Assembly (NCBI GenBank): GCA_963752285.1
Contig: CAVVXN010000001.1
Coordinates: 64,001 to 128,000, forward strand
DNA length: 64,000 nt
Direction: 5' to 3'
Origin: an uncultured Planctomycetota bacterium
GTDB taxonomy: Bacteria > Planctomycetota > PLA2 > JAEUHO01
Positions 1-9,558 of the stretch are shown in pieces (position 1 is the stretch's first letter; each line of letters starts with the position of its first letter). The position numbers were made by a program, and so were the translations under genes. The notes below the pieces were generated by a model. It was not told where the DNA came from. It saw only the letters and a program-made list of their open reading frames with translations, and did not search any database.

Positions 1-537
1 ACCCGCCGGCCCGGCGCATCCGTCGTGCTGCGGGTCGAGACTGTCCTGCGGGCGCGCGGCGCCGCCGTGCGTCCCGACCGCGGACCTGCCCCGAATTCGG
101 CCATCGAGAGGATGCTATCGCCCCTCGGGTCGGTGCGCCAAGGTGACGCCGTGGAGGGCATGTGGATGCGACTTTATTGCGGGCCCGCTTGGGGCGGCTG
201 TCGTCGAGCGGGCGGCGGTCGGGTGGAAGCGGTCCGAGTCTCTCCAGCCCCTGGCTGCCTCCGTTGACTGCGCGGTGGAGCCGCCCCGTCCCAAGTCCGC
301 GCGCGACGCGGCATCCGAAGGTCGCCTGGGTACTCGGCCTTCCATCTTGCGGTCGGGTGCGTCGCGACTTGTGACGCCAGATGCTGACGCCCTTGGAGCA
401 CAGTTGAGACGGTCTCCTGACCTTTCGTTGCCGCTCGTTGCGCTTTGTCAGGAACGGACGGCCTCGGCGCCGCGCTCGTATCGGGCGCCGCAACGTGGCA
501 ACGACGCGCAGGTTGCGGCGAGGAGGCGCAACGAGGG

Positions 538-613
<76 letters not shown>

Positions 614-800
614 TCGAAATCGTCGGCCGCGGAGCCTAGACCTGCCCCCGGGTCGTGTCAAGGCGGGCCGGGCGCCTCGGCCCGATTGCACGGCGCCGAG
701 GCGCACGGCGGGCCCGCCGGCCGCTTCCCACACGGTCGCACCTCGCGCCCGCGCCGTCGCCCGCGCACGGACGAGGCGGGCGGGCGAGTGCGTCGCGGGG

Positions 801-1271
801 TCAGGCGGAGCGGTCCCCGTGCACCAGGATCACCGGCAGGTTCTCCTTGCGCACCATCTCGGTCGCGACCGAGCCCATCAGGATCCGGCTGAGCCCCGTG
901 CGACCGTGTGTCGCGAGCACGATCGTGTCGGCGCCGACGCGACGCGCGGTTTCCTCGATCGTATCGGGGACGCTCACCGCGTGGACCAGGTGGTACTCGG
1001 TCCGCACCCCGCGCGCCACCGCGGTCTCCGGCGGCAGTCGATGGAGCTGCTTCTTCACACGATCCTCGCCCGCCGCCCGCTCCTCCTCCGTCGGGACGTA
1101 GCCCTGGACGTACTGGTTGTAGAGCGGGTTCCCGACGAACGGCGGCTCGGCCACGTGCAGCAGGTGGACGGTACCCCCCGACCCGGTCAAGTGGTAGGCG
1201 ACGGGCACCGCGAGGTTGCCCACCTCCGAGAGATCCGTCGGACAGAGGACGGTGTGGAAGGGAACTCGCAT
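801..1271 (-). CDS. Universal stress protein (UspA family)
   Basis: VLCPTDLS at the N-terminus; IVLATHGRTGLSRILMGSVATEMVR motif. Confidence 0.92.
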   Translation of the reverse strand: MRVPFHTVLCPTDLSEVGNLAVPVAYHLTGSGGTVHLLHVAEPPFVGNPLYNQYVQGYVPTEEERAAGEDRVKKQLHRLPPETAVARGVRTEYHLVHAVSVPDTIEETARRVGADTIVLATHGRTGLSRILMGSVATEMVRKENLPVILVHGDRSA

Positions 1272-1298
1272 CGGCGTCTCCTCGAGTCCCGGTCGAGA

Positions 1299-1835
1299 TC
1301 AGGCCCCCAGCGCGTCGAGGATCTCCATCGCGCTGATGAGACCCACATTGCGCCCGTTCTCCTGGACGAGCACGCGGTGGATCCGGTGCTCCGCCATCAC
1401 CCCAGCGATCTCCTTCAGGCCGGCGTCGGCGGAGACACTGAAGATCTGACCGGTCATCACGTCCTCGGCCGTGTCCTCCGACTCGTCGGGGACATCGAAC
1501 GAATCGAAGTCCTCCTCGAGCATCTCCTCGGAGGACAGGTGGTAGAAGCCGTGACCCCGACGCGGCCGCGAGTCCGGGTCCTCGGCGTACCGCTCGATGA
1601 GGTCGCGGACGGAGACGATACCGATGATGCGCCCTGCCTCGTCGGTCACGGGAGCGCCGCTGATGCGGTTGTCGCTCAGGATCCTCTCGACCTCGCTCAG
1701 GGGCGTCGCGTACGGGACCGTGATGACCTCGGTGCGCATGATGTCGCGCGCCGTGACCAGCCCCCAGCGCTCGACCACCGCCTTCGGGGTCGGCCAGGGC
1801 TGGGCAGCGGGCTCGTGCACGGGTTTCGGTGTCAT
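1299..1835 (-). CDS. CBS domain-pair protein
   Basis: TARDIM..ISGAPV..GIVS and TAEDVM..IHRVLV..GLIS repeats; GGAGG upstream of ATG at 1835. Confidence 0.88.
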   Translation of the reverse strand: MTPKPVHEPAAQPWPTPKAVVERWGLVTARDIMRTEVITVPYATPLSEVERILSDNRISGAPVTDEAGRIIGIVSVRDLIERYAEDPDSRPRRGHGFYHLSSEEMLEEDFDSFDVPDESEDTAEDVMTGQIFSVSADAGLKEIAGVMAEHRIHRVLVQENGRNVGLISAMEILDALGA

Positions 1836-1961
1836 GGTGGCCTCCGCGTTCACGTGGAGTATCCGCTGGAAAGGGGCCGGCGACAACGCCCGCTGCGGCG
1901 TGACGTGCGCGCAGGGGTCCCGGATGCGGGCCGGGCGTATCCTGGACCGCGCGCGCGCCGA

Positions 1962-3251
1962 TCAGCGCGCGAGGCGGATCCCCGTGAACTGCCACCGCGT
2001 TCCGGCGGGAAAGAAGTTCCGATAGGTCCGCCGGACATGCCCCCGCGGCGTGACGCACGAGCCGCCGCGCAGCACGTACTGGTCGCACATGAACTTGCCG
2101 TTGTACTCGCCGAGCGCCCCGGGCGGGACGCGGTACCCGGGATACGGGGCGTACGCGCTGCGCGTCCACTCCCACGCGTCTCCGAACATCTGAGCCGGAA
2201 GGCCGGGTGTCCCGATCGCGGCGCCGCGCGGATGGAGCACGTCGTCCTGGAGGAAGGTCCCGTCTTCGGGCACGTGCGCCGCGGCGACCTCCCACTCCGC
2301 CTCCGTCGGAAGACGCGCGCCGGCCCACGTCGCGTACGCGTCCGCCTCGAAGAGGCTCACGTGGCACACGGGCCGGTCGGGGTCGAGCGGCTCGAGGCCT
2401 CGAAGCGTGTACTCGTGCCAGCGGCCGTCCGCCTCGACCCAGTAGTCCGGCGCGACGCGCGACGCGCGGACCGTCTCGGCCCAGCCCTCCGAGAGCCAGA
2501 GGCGAGGACGCCGGTACCCGGCGTCCTCCATGAACGCGAGGTACTCACCGTTCGTGACGAGACGGTCGGCGATCTCGAATCCTTCGAGATGCACACGATG
2601 GCGGGGACCCTCGTTGTCGAACGCGAATCCCCGCGACGGATCGTGTCCGATCCAGCGCAAGCCTTCCTCGTGCGCGACCCAGGCCATGGACCGCGCGGGC
2701 GCCGATTCGGGGGCGCGCCCCGCGCGGTACGCGGGATGGATCGGGTTCTGGGCGAGCACGTGCTTGATGTCGGTGAGCACGAGTTCCTGGTGCTGCTCCT
2801 CGTGGTTCAGCCCGAGCTCCACGACGTCCCGCAGCGCGGCCGCGCGCGGCCCCCCCTCCGCGAGGAGCGCCCGCATTCGCTCGTCCACGGCGCGCCGGTA
2901 CCCGCGGACCTCATCGACGGTGGGACGCGAGAGGAGGCCGCGGCGCGGCCGCGGGAACTGCCGGCCGACCGCGTCGTAATACGAGTTGAACATGTACTCG
3001 TACGCCGGGTCGAAGGGCGCCCGGTCCGGCTCCGCGACGCGGAGTACGAAGGTCTCGAAGAACCACGTCGTGTGCGCGAGGTGCCACCGTGTGGGGCTCA
3101 CGTCGGGCATCGACTGGATCACCATGTCCTCGACGGCCAGGGGCACGACGAGGCGTTCGGTCTGGGCGCGCACCGCGTCGTAGCGGTCCGCGAGCGGCGC
3201 CGCGCGTGCGTCGGCGCGATCCGCGGCGGCGAGATGGGTCTCCCTCGTCAT
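1962..3251 (-). CDS. egtB: Ergothioneine biosynthesis sulfoxide synthase (DinB-like + FGE-sulfatase domains)
   Basis: QSMPDVSPTRWHLAHTTWFFE, FNSYY, HEEQHQEL, RLPTEAEWE, GEYNGKFM, YRNFF motifs. Confidence 0.9.
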   Translation of the reverse strand: MTRETHLAAADRADARAAPLADRYDAVRAQTERLVVPLAVEDMVIQSMPDVSPTRWHLAHTTWFFETFVLRVAEPDRAPFDPAYEYMFNSYYDAVGRQFPRPRRGLLSRPTVDEVRGYRRAVDERMRALLAEGGPRAAALRDVVELGLNHEEQHQELVLTDIKHVLAQNPIHPAYRAGRAPESAPARSMAWVAHEEGLRWIGHDPSRGFAFDNEGPRHRVHLEGFEIADRLVTNGEYLAFMEDAGYRRPRLWLSEGWAETVRASRVAPDYWVEADGRWHEYTLRGLEPLDPDRPVCHVSLFEADAYATWAGARLPTEAEWEVAAAHVPEDGTFLQDDVLHPRGAAIGTPGLPAQMFGDAWEWTRSAYAPYPGYRVPPGALGEYNGKFMCDQYVLRGGSCVTPRGHVRRTYRNFFPAGTRWQFTGIRLAR

Positions 3252-3325
3252 GCGTCGTTCCGATCCGGACGGAGCATTGTGGACGACGGTGGAGGATCGA
3301 TCAAATCCGTCCTCCCGGCGCTCGG

Positions 3326-3682
3326 TCAGAGCGAGATCACCTTGTCCGCCTTCACCTGTGCAGCCTGGATGTCGCTCATGCCGCCGACGATCCCCACCCG
3401 GACGCGGTCCGCGAGCTGGAAGTAGTTCAGGCACGTGCTGCAGACGATGAGGTGGACACCCTTCTCCTCGAGCGTCTTCAAGAGGTCGAGGACCGGCGAG
3501 CCCTCGGCGACGAGTCGAACGCCCTGGGTGTAGAAGGCGATCGCGCCCGGGAGGTGGCCGTTCTCGAGCAGCAGGGTGAGCCAGGTCCGGAGGAGCTTGT
3601 GGGCGAGATCCGGCTCCGCGTCGCCCATGCCGTTCCGGGTGATCTGGACCAGGGTGCCGGCACCGTCGGGCATGGCCGTCAT
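3326..3682 (-). CDS. DsrE/YedF-like sulfurtransferase-family protein
   Basis: GMG..DL..KLL, FYTQGVRL, CSTCLNYF, GIVGGMSDI; GGAGG RBS. Confidence 0.8.
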   Translation of the reverse strand: MTAMPDGAGTLVQITRNGMGDAEPDLAHKLLRTWLTLLLENGHLPGAIAFYTQGVRLVAEGSPVLDLLKTLEEKGVHLIVCSTCLNYFQLADRVRVGIVGGMSDIQAAQVKADKVISL

Positions 3683-3815
3683 CTCGATCCCTCCGCAAAT
3701 CGTCTCGAAAGGATACGGCGGCCGCGGGCCGAGGACCCGCGGCCGGCTCGCGAGCGATCCCGGCCGGGGCCGCCGAGGCGCTCGGCCCCTCCCCCGAGGG
3801 CGATACTCCCCCCGC

Positions 3816-5507
3816 GTGGGCCTCGAGAAGTACGAGCTCCTGGAGCAGCTGCTCGTCGCGGGACCGAGCACGTTCTTCCGTGGGCGGAGCAAGGTCCTCG
3901 GGAACGATCTCCTCATCCGCCGGCTCGAGATCGACCCCACGCGCGCCGACGACGTCCACGAGACGTTCTACCGGGAGCAGCGCCACGGCGCGGGCATCTC
4001 GCATCCGCACGTGCAGCGCGCGCTCGACGTCCTCGAGGCCGACGGCTACCTGTGGTCGATCCACGAGTACCGACCGATCACCTCCACGCGCGAGGTGGTC
4101 GAGAAGGACGGGCCCCTCGGCGTGGCCCGCGCTGCGCGCCTCGGCGCGCAGGTGGCCGACGCCCTCGACGCGATGCACGCCCGGGGCTTCGTGCACGGCC
4201 GCGTCACGCCGCGGAACGTCCTCGAGGACGACCGCGGCGAGGCGATGCTCATCAACCTCGTCAAGAGCGCCGACCTCGCGGCAGGGATCTGGCCCCTGCG
4301 CCCCGCCGTGCTCGGCCTCTCTCCCTTCTCCGCGCCCGAGGAGTTCAGGCTCGAGCGCCCGACGCCCCAGGCCGACGTCTACGGCCTCGCCGCGACGGCC
4401 GTGTGGTGGCTCACGAAGCGGTGGCCGCGCGGCGGAGAGGACGAGGAGGAGGCGCACGCCCTCGCCGCGGCCGGCGCGCCGGCGATCGACATCCGCGCGC
4501 TGCGGCCCGAGGTGCCGCCGGCCCTCGCCAACGCGCTCCTGGCGGCCCTGGAGCCCGATCCGGCGGAGCGACACGGCAGCGCCGCGGCGCTCGGCTCACG
4601 GCTGGTCGAAACCTGGCAACGCCTCGCGGCCGAGATCCCTTCCGGATTCCACGCAGGCGCGACGCTCGCCCCGAGCGGCGCGGCCGGTCCCGTCCGCATC
4701 GAGGGGCGCCACGGGTCGGGCGCGTTCGGCGTCGTCCTCCGCGCGCGGAGCCACGAGAGCGCACGCCTCCTCGCGGTGAAGGCCCTGAAGCCCGAGCACC
4801 GCGGCGACCAGGACGCGCACGAGCGCTTCCTTCGCGAGGCGCGAGCGATGCAGGCCATCGACCACCCGAACGTCGTGCGGATCCGCGGCGTGGGCGAGGA
4901 GCACGGAACGCCCTACGCGGTGATGGACTTCATCCCGGGTCCCGACCTCGGCTCCCTGCTGCTGAAGGAGGGTCGCTTCCCGCCGCTGCGCGCCGCGCGC
5001 CTCGCGGCGGGGATCGCGCACGGTCTCGAGGCGATCCACCGCGAGGGGATCATCCACCGCGACCTGAAACCCCACAACGTGCTCGTCGCGCCCGGCGATC
5101 GGCCCGTGATCGCCGACTTCGGCGTGGCGCGCGAGATCGCCGCGCCCCGCCTCACCATGACCGGCGGCCTCCTCGGCACGCCCGCGTACATGGCACCCGA
5201 GCAGATCGAGAACGGCCCGTCCACGCCCGCGATGGACCTCTACGCACTGGGCGCGATGCTGTACGAGATGCTCTCGGGCTCGGTGCCGTTCCCCACGCGC
5301 GACCCCCTCGAGGCGATCCGCCTCACGCTCCACGGGACGCCTCCTCCCCTCCCGCCGGACGTCCCGCCCGCCCTCGCGGGGGCGACGCTACGCCTCCTCG
5401 AGAAGGACCCCGCCGACCGGCCCGTCTCGGCGGGAGTCGCAGCCGAGATGATCGAGCGCGCCGCCGGCCTCCTCCAGGAAGCCTCCGCACCGACCGCGTC
5501 GGCGTGA
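3816..5507 (+). CDS. Tandem Ser/Thr protein kinase (degenerate N-terminal domain + intact C-terminal kinase)
   Basis: C-domain GSGAFG, AVKAL, HRDLKPHN, DFG, APE; N-domain HGRVTPRNV and SAPEE; GTG start inferred. Confidence 0.88.
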   Translation: MGLEKYELLEQLLVAGPSTFFRGRSKVLGNDLLIRRLEIDPTRADDVHETFYREQRHGAGISHPHVQRALDVLEADGYLWSIHEYRPITSTREVVEKDGPLGVARAARLGAQVADALDAMHARGFVHGRVTPRNVLEDDRGEAMLINLVKSADLAAGIWPLRPAVLGLSPFSAPEEFRLERPTPQADVYGLAATAVWWLTKRWPRGGEDEEEAHALAAAGAPAIDIRALRPEVPPALANALLAALEPDPAERHGSAAALGSRLVETWQRLAAEIPSGFHAGATLAPSGAAGPVRIEGRHGSGAFGVVLRARSHESARLLAVKALKPEHRGDQDAHERFLREARAMQAIDHPNVVRIRGVGEEHGTPYAVMDFIPGPDLGSLLLKEGRFPPLRAARLAAGIAHGLEAIHREGIIHRDLKPHNVLVAPGDRPVIADFGVAREIAAPRLTMTGGLLGTPAYMAPEQIENGPSTPAMDLYALGAMLYEMLSGSVPFPTRDPLEAIRLTLHGTPPPLPPDVPPALAGATLRLLEKDPADRPVSAGVAAEMIERAAGLLQEASAPTASA

Positions 5508-5617
5508 GCACCGCCCGCGCGCGTCCGGGAGCCGGTACGCCGTGACGTTGGGGGCCGCTGTTCGCGACGTCGGGCCGTCCCCACGGCGCGGTGGCGAGCC
5601 CGACCGGGACCGCGCGC

Positions 5618-6457
5618 TCAGGTGCGCCGACGGCGGACCCGGCCGAGGTCCGACCCGATCGGCTGGGGCAACGTCCAGCCGCCGTCCGCCACCCACACGC
5701 TGCCCGTGATCCACGGCGCGAGGGGGCTCGCGAGGAAGCAGACGAGCTCCGCGACCTCCTCGGCCGTGCCGAAGCGCCCCATCGGGATCTCGCTCCTCAC
5801 CCGCGCCTCGATCTCGGGCGTCGGCCAGAGCCGCTCGGCGGCGCCCCGGCTCGTGAACGGTCCCGGCGAGACCGCGTTCACGCGAATCCCGAGCGGCGCC
5901 CACTCCGCGGCCAGCGACCGCGTCATCGCCTCGACGCCCGCCTTCGCGCACGCGGAGTGCACCACGCCGGGCTTCCCGGTCGTGGCGTAGGGCGCGCTCA
6001 CGTTCACGATCGCGCCCCCGCGGTGCCGCATGAGACGACCGGCCTCGCGCGAGACGAAGAACACGCCCGAGAGCGCGATGTCCACGACGGCCTGGAAACC
6101 CTTCGGCGGGAGCTCGAGCGCCGGCGCGATGAAGTTCCCCGCCGCATTGTTGACGACGACGTCCACGCCGCCGAACCGCTTCGCCGCGGCACGCACCACC
6201 CGGCGCACGGCCGGCGCGTCCCGCACGTCGAGCGCCTGGCTGAGGACCTCGAAGCCCTCCGCCTCCGCCGCGGCGAGGAGCCCATCGTGGTGCGCGAGGT
6301 CCCGGCTCGCGCAGACGACGCTGGCGCCGAGTCGCCCGAGCCGGAGCGAGACCTCGAGGCCGAGGCCCGTGCCCCCGCCCGTGACGAACGCCGTCTTCCC
6401 CGCGAAGCACCCCGCGGGGAGGAAGGGGGCCGGGATGGGGCTCGGCGGGATCGTCAC
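5618..6457 (-). CDS. SDR oxidoreductase, 2,4-dienoyl-CoA reductase-like
   Basis: TGGGTGLG, NNAAGNF, HSACAKAG, IPMGRFG; GTGA overlap with the upstream gene. Confidence 0.88.
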   Translation of the reverse strand: MTIPPSPIPAPFLPAGCFAGKTAFVTGGGTGLGLEVSLRLGRLGASVVCASRDLAHHDGLLAAAEAEGFEVLSQALDVRDAPAVRRVVRAAAKRFGGVDVVVNNAAGNFIAPALELPPKGFQAVVDIALSGVFFVSREAGRLMRHRGGAIVNVSAPYATTGKPGVVHSACAKAGVEAMTRSLAAEWAPLGIRVNAVSPGPFTSRGAAERLWPTPEIEARVRSEIPMGRFGTAEEVAELVCFLASPLAPWITGSVWVADGGWTLPQPIGSDLGRVRRRRT

Positions 6458-6834
6458 GCCGGCCACGTGGTGGCGATCCGCTCGGTGTCGAGGTAGTCCG
6501 CGATGCGCGTCACGTGCTCCCCTTCGAGCCGGAACACGGAACAACCCCGGTTCTCGTAGCGTACGCCGTCCCGCGTCGTCCCGACGTTCGTCCACTCTGC
6601 GATCGCGCGGTCGTCCACCACGCCCGCCCAGCGGACCTCGAATCGGAGGCCGTGTCGAAACAGCCGCTGGTTCTGGCGGAGGAAGACGAGCACCCGTCGG
6701 CGTCCCTCGACGACGCCGCCGAAGCGGGCCCCCGGGAACTCCAGGACCACGTCGGGCGCGAGGACCGCCGCCAGGTCGTCGATCCGACCTTCGGAGAGGG
6801 CGTGGAAGAACGACCGGACGCCGTCGGGGCTCAT
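6454..6834 (-). CDS. NTF2/SnoaL-like protein
   Basis: VRSFFHAL, LAPDVVLEFP, YENRGCSVFRL, IADYLDT. Confidence 0.8.
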   Translation of the reverse strand: MSPDGVRSFFHALSEGRIDDLAAVLAPDVVLEFPGARFGGVVEGRRRVLVFLRQNQRLFRHGLRFEVRWAGVVDDRAIAEWTNVGTTRDGVRYENRGCSVFRLEGEHVTRIADYLDTERIATTWPA

Positions 6835-6918
6835 GGGCCGCGGAGGGTACCCCCCCCGCGCCCCGCGCCACAACCCCGACGGCGCTCCCCGGAGGCGTTC
6901 GAGGGGCGAGTTCGAGCG

Positions 6919-7842
6919 TCAGGGCAGCGGCGTCACGCGCGCGTTCGTGAGGACGAGGATCCGCACGCCCTCGTGGCGGAGGACCTGACCCCGCTGGTCG
7001 GAGACGAAGTCGACGTCGCCGCGGGCCGTCACCTGGACGTCGTCCTCGCCCTCGGGCCGGACGACCCACGTGACCTGCTCGCCCTCGAGCGTCAGCTCGC
7101 GACAGAGGAGCCGCGCGCGGCCCGTCGCGACGCGCCGGCCGGGGGTCGTGTCCGCCACGGCGTCCCCGGAGAGCAGGACCTCGTGCGCGTACGCGAGGGG
7201 GCAGTAGAAGACGACCTTCGCCGCGCGGATCCGTGTGGGGTTCTCGAGGTAGCGCGCGCGCTCGATGTCGGCGAGGGGACGGTCGGGCTTCGCGCCGGGT
7301 CGGGGCGGCGCCGCCGCGGAGCGTCGGGGGAGCAGCGCGAACGGGGCGCGGGCCCCCGAGGCGCCCCGGTCGGCGGGAGCCGCCGCGACGACGGAGGGCG
7401 GACGGGCGGGCGCCGCGCCCGCGGCCGCCGGGGAAGCCGGCCCCGGGACGGCGCCCGGGACGGCGCCCGGGACGGCGCCCGGGACGGCGCCCGGGACGGC
7501 GCCCGGGACGGCGCCCGGGACGGCGGCGGGCGCGGTCCGGAGTGTCCCTCGCGGCGCGGCGCCTCCCGACACGACTTCCGGCGGCGCCTCGGGGGAGGCC
7601 GCGCCGCGCGTGGCGGGCGGCGCGCCCGTCGGCGCCGCGCGGGGGTCCACGGCCGCGACCGGGAACACGCGCTCGTCGCCGATCGTACCGTCCGAGACCT
7701 CGCGCCAGGGACCGCCCTCGTCCACGAGGAGCCACGCGTCGTCCGTCGGGTCGCCCCTCGGCGCCGCGCCGCCCGGCGCACGGCATGCACCCAGGGCCGC
7801 GCCGAGGGCCAAGGCCGCGAGCGCGAGGAACCGGGTCGTCAT
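6919..7842 (-). CDS. Putative lipoprotein with (AVPG)7 linker and beta-rich C-terminal domain
   Basis: Signal with lipobox-like LGAC; Pro/Ala linker; C-terminus reminiscent of OstA/LptA strands. Confidence 0.6.
   Translation of the reverse strand: MTTRFLALAALALGAALGACRAPGGAAPRGDPTDDAWLLVDEGGPWREVSDGTIGDERVFPVAAVDPRAAPTGAPPATRGAASPEAPPEVVSGGAAPRGTLRTAPAAVPGAVPGAVPGAVPGAVPGAVPGAVPGPASPAAAGAAPARPPSVVAAAPADRGASGARAPFALLPRRSAAAPPRPGAKPDRPLADIERARYLENPTRIRAAKVVFYCPLAYAHEVLLSGDAVADTTPGRRVATGRARLLCRELTLEGEQVTWVVRPEGEDDVQVTARGDVDFVSDQRGQVLRHEGVRILVLTNARVTPLP
7442..7525. repeat. 12-bp tandem repeat CCCGGGACGGCG x7 (in-frame AVPG)
   Basis: Seven perfect adjacent copies read directly. Confidence 0.95.
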
Positions 7843-7846
7843 CGGC

Positions 7847-9244
7847 TCAGCGCGGCGTCGCTTCGGGGGGAGGAGGAGGCGGCGGCGGCGGCGGGACCGG
7901 AGTCGAACGCGGCGCGCCGGGCGTCGGGCGGACGACCGGCGGCCCGGACTCCGCCGGCGGGGTGGGGCAGGGGCACGGCGGCTTCGCCGGCGCGCCGTCC
8001 TCCTTCTCCTCGAGCCGCTCGAGCTCGGAGGGCGGCGTGATGATGTGGAACTCGCTCGTCTTCCTCACGATCGTCGGCGTCAGCATGAAGACGAGCTCGG
8101 TCTTGACCTTCGTCTCGTTCGTGCGGGTGAAGAGCTGGCCCAGGAGGGGGATCTCGGAGAGCAGCGGCGTCTTCGCCTTGTCCCTCACGTTGAGGTTCGT
8201 GTAGAGGCCACCGATCACGAGTGTCTCGCCGTCGCCGAGCGTCACCGTCGTCTTCGCGCTGCGCGTGGTTTGCACGGGCTGGAGCGTGCCGCCGGTGGTC
8301 GCCGAGAGGCCCTCGACCCCCTGCACCTGGGGGTTGATGTCGAGCGTGACGAACGACTCGCCGATGTGCGTCGCGGTGACCGTCAGGTGGACGCCCGTGT
8401 TCAACGTGGACGCCTTGTACGACGTGTTCGTCAGGTCGGCTCGCTCGAAGATGTTCACCTGCCGGACCTCTTGCGTCGTGACGTCGGCCGGCACGCCCTG
8501 CGTGCAGATGATCGAAGGCTTCGAGAGCACCTCCGCCTTCCCCTCGAGCTGCATCGCCTCGAGGCTCAGGTCGGCGAGGCCGTAGTGCCCGGCGGTCTTC
8601 GCCACGAACCCGAAGAGAAGGCTCGTGCCCTGGAACGGCAGTCCGCCCGGGAGCTGCGAGCCGATGTACGCGGGCGGGCTCAGGATCGCGTCGGCGCCCC
8701 GGAAGAGGGTGTCCGGACCGGCCTTGTCGCGGTTCCAGAGGTAGTCCAGACCGAACTCGAAGTTCGACTCGTACGTGATCTCGATGACCTTCGCCTCGAT
8801 GAAGACCTGCGGCTTCGACACGTCGAAGTAGGCGGCGGCCTGCACGGCCAGCTCCACGTCGTCGGGAAGCCCGTCGATCAGGAGCACGTTCTGCTGGAAG
8901 TCCTTGAGCGTCACCCCGGGCACGGGGAGGAGCTGCGTCAAGCTCGTCAACAGCTCCTTCGCCGAGACGAAGTTGGTCCGGTAGAAGAAGAGGATCTTTC
9001 CGTCCGGCTTCTGGATGACGCCGTCCTGGGGGAACGCGAGCGGCGGAGGCGACTCGGCCGGCGGCGCGGACGGGGCGGCCGGCGCGGACGCCGGAGCCGG
9101 CGGGGTGGCGGGGGGGACGGGAGGCGCGGCCGCCGGCGCGGCGGCGGGTCCGTCGGCCCGCGCGTCGGGCAGGTGCCACGTCACCGACAGGAGCGCGAGG
9201 ACGCAGGCGGTCCGGAGACCCAGGCGACGACGAAGAGGGATCAC
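7847..9244 (-). CDS. Secretin (GspD/PilQ family), short form
   Basis: QVFIEAKVIEI, GETLVIGGL, KTPLLSEIPLLGQLF, TELVFMLTPTIV; signal peptide ending ARA; GGAGG before GTG. Confidence 0.88.
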   Translation of the reverse strand: MIPLRRRLGLRTACVLALLSVTWHLPDARADGPAAAPAAAPPVPPATPPAPASAPAAPSAPPAESPPPLAFPQDGVIQKPDGKILFFYRTNFVSAKELLTSLTQLLPVPGVTLKDFQQNVLLIDGLPDDVELAVQAAAYFDVSKPQVFIEAKVIEITYESNFEFGLDYLWNRDKAGPDTLFRGADAILSPPAYIGSQLPGGLPFQGTSLLFGFVAKTAGHYGLADLSLEAMQLEGKAEVLSKPSIICTQGVPADVTTQEVRQVNIFERADLTNTSYKASTLNTGVHLTVTATHIGESFVTLDINPQVQGVEGLSATTGGTLQPVQTTRSAKTTVTLGDGETLVIGGLYTNLNVRDKAKTPLLSEIPLLGQLFTRTNETKVKTELVFMLTPTIVRKTSEFHIITPPSELERLEEKEDGAPAKPPCPCPTPPAESGPPVVRPTPGAPRSTPVPPPPPPPPPPEATPR

Positions 9245-9558
9245 GGCTTCGGCCTCCGGCTCGGTTGCTCCACCGTGGACCATCGGTCGAACCGCGGGCC
9301 GCACGCAGCGCGGACGCGCCGACCTGCCGTCAAACCGCCGCCCTCCGCCGCTCGGCCCTCCCGGGCGTAATGAACCCGTCAAGGGAATCGGCCAGGTTCC
9401 GCCACCCGCCCTCGCCGCGCGGTCGCGTTGCCGCGGGCCGCGTCGTGGCTACAATCCCCGGCGCCCCGCGCCCCCGGGAGGGGGGCGCTCCGACCCGACG
9501 GGTCGCCTCGGTGGGGCGCGAGGCGTCGTCGAGGTTCGCTCTCCCGCGGGAGGATGGA

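Noticed and set aside
1962..3251. Calling this gene selenoneine synthase SenA
   Set aside because: No senB or selD-like neighbours are present, and the motifs fit EgtB; kept only as a hypothesis.
1962..4574. 870-aa EgtB and other long N-terminal extensions in the ORF track (TBDR 1361 aa, trxA 365 aa, carbonic anhydrase 1430 aa)
   Set aside because: The extensions overlap other genes and are low-complexity; downstream starts match family lengths.
7442..7525. 12-bp repeat as a CRISPR or regulatory array
   Set aside because: It has no spacers and encodes an in-frame AVPG linker.
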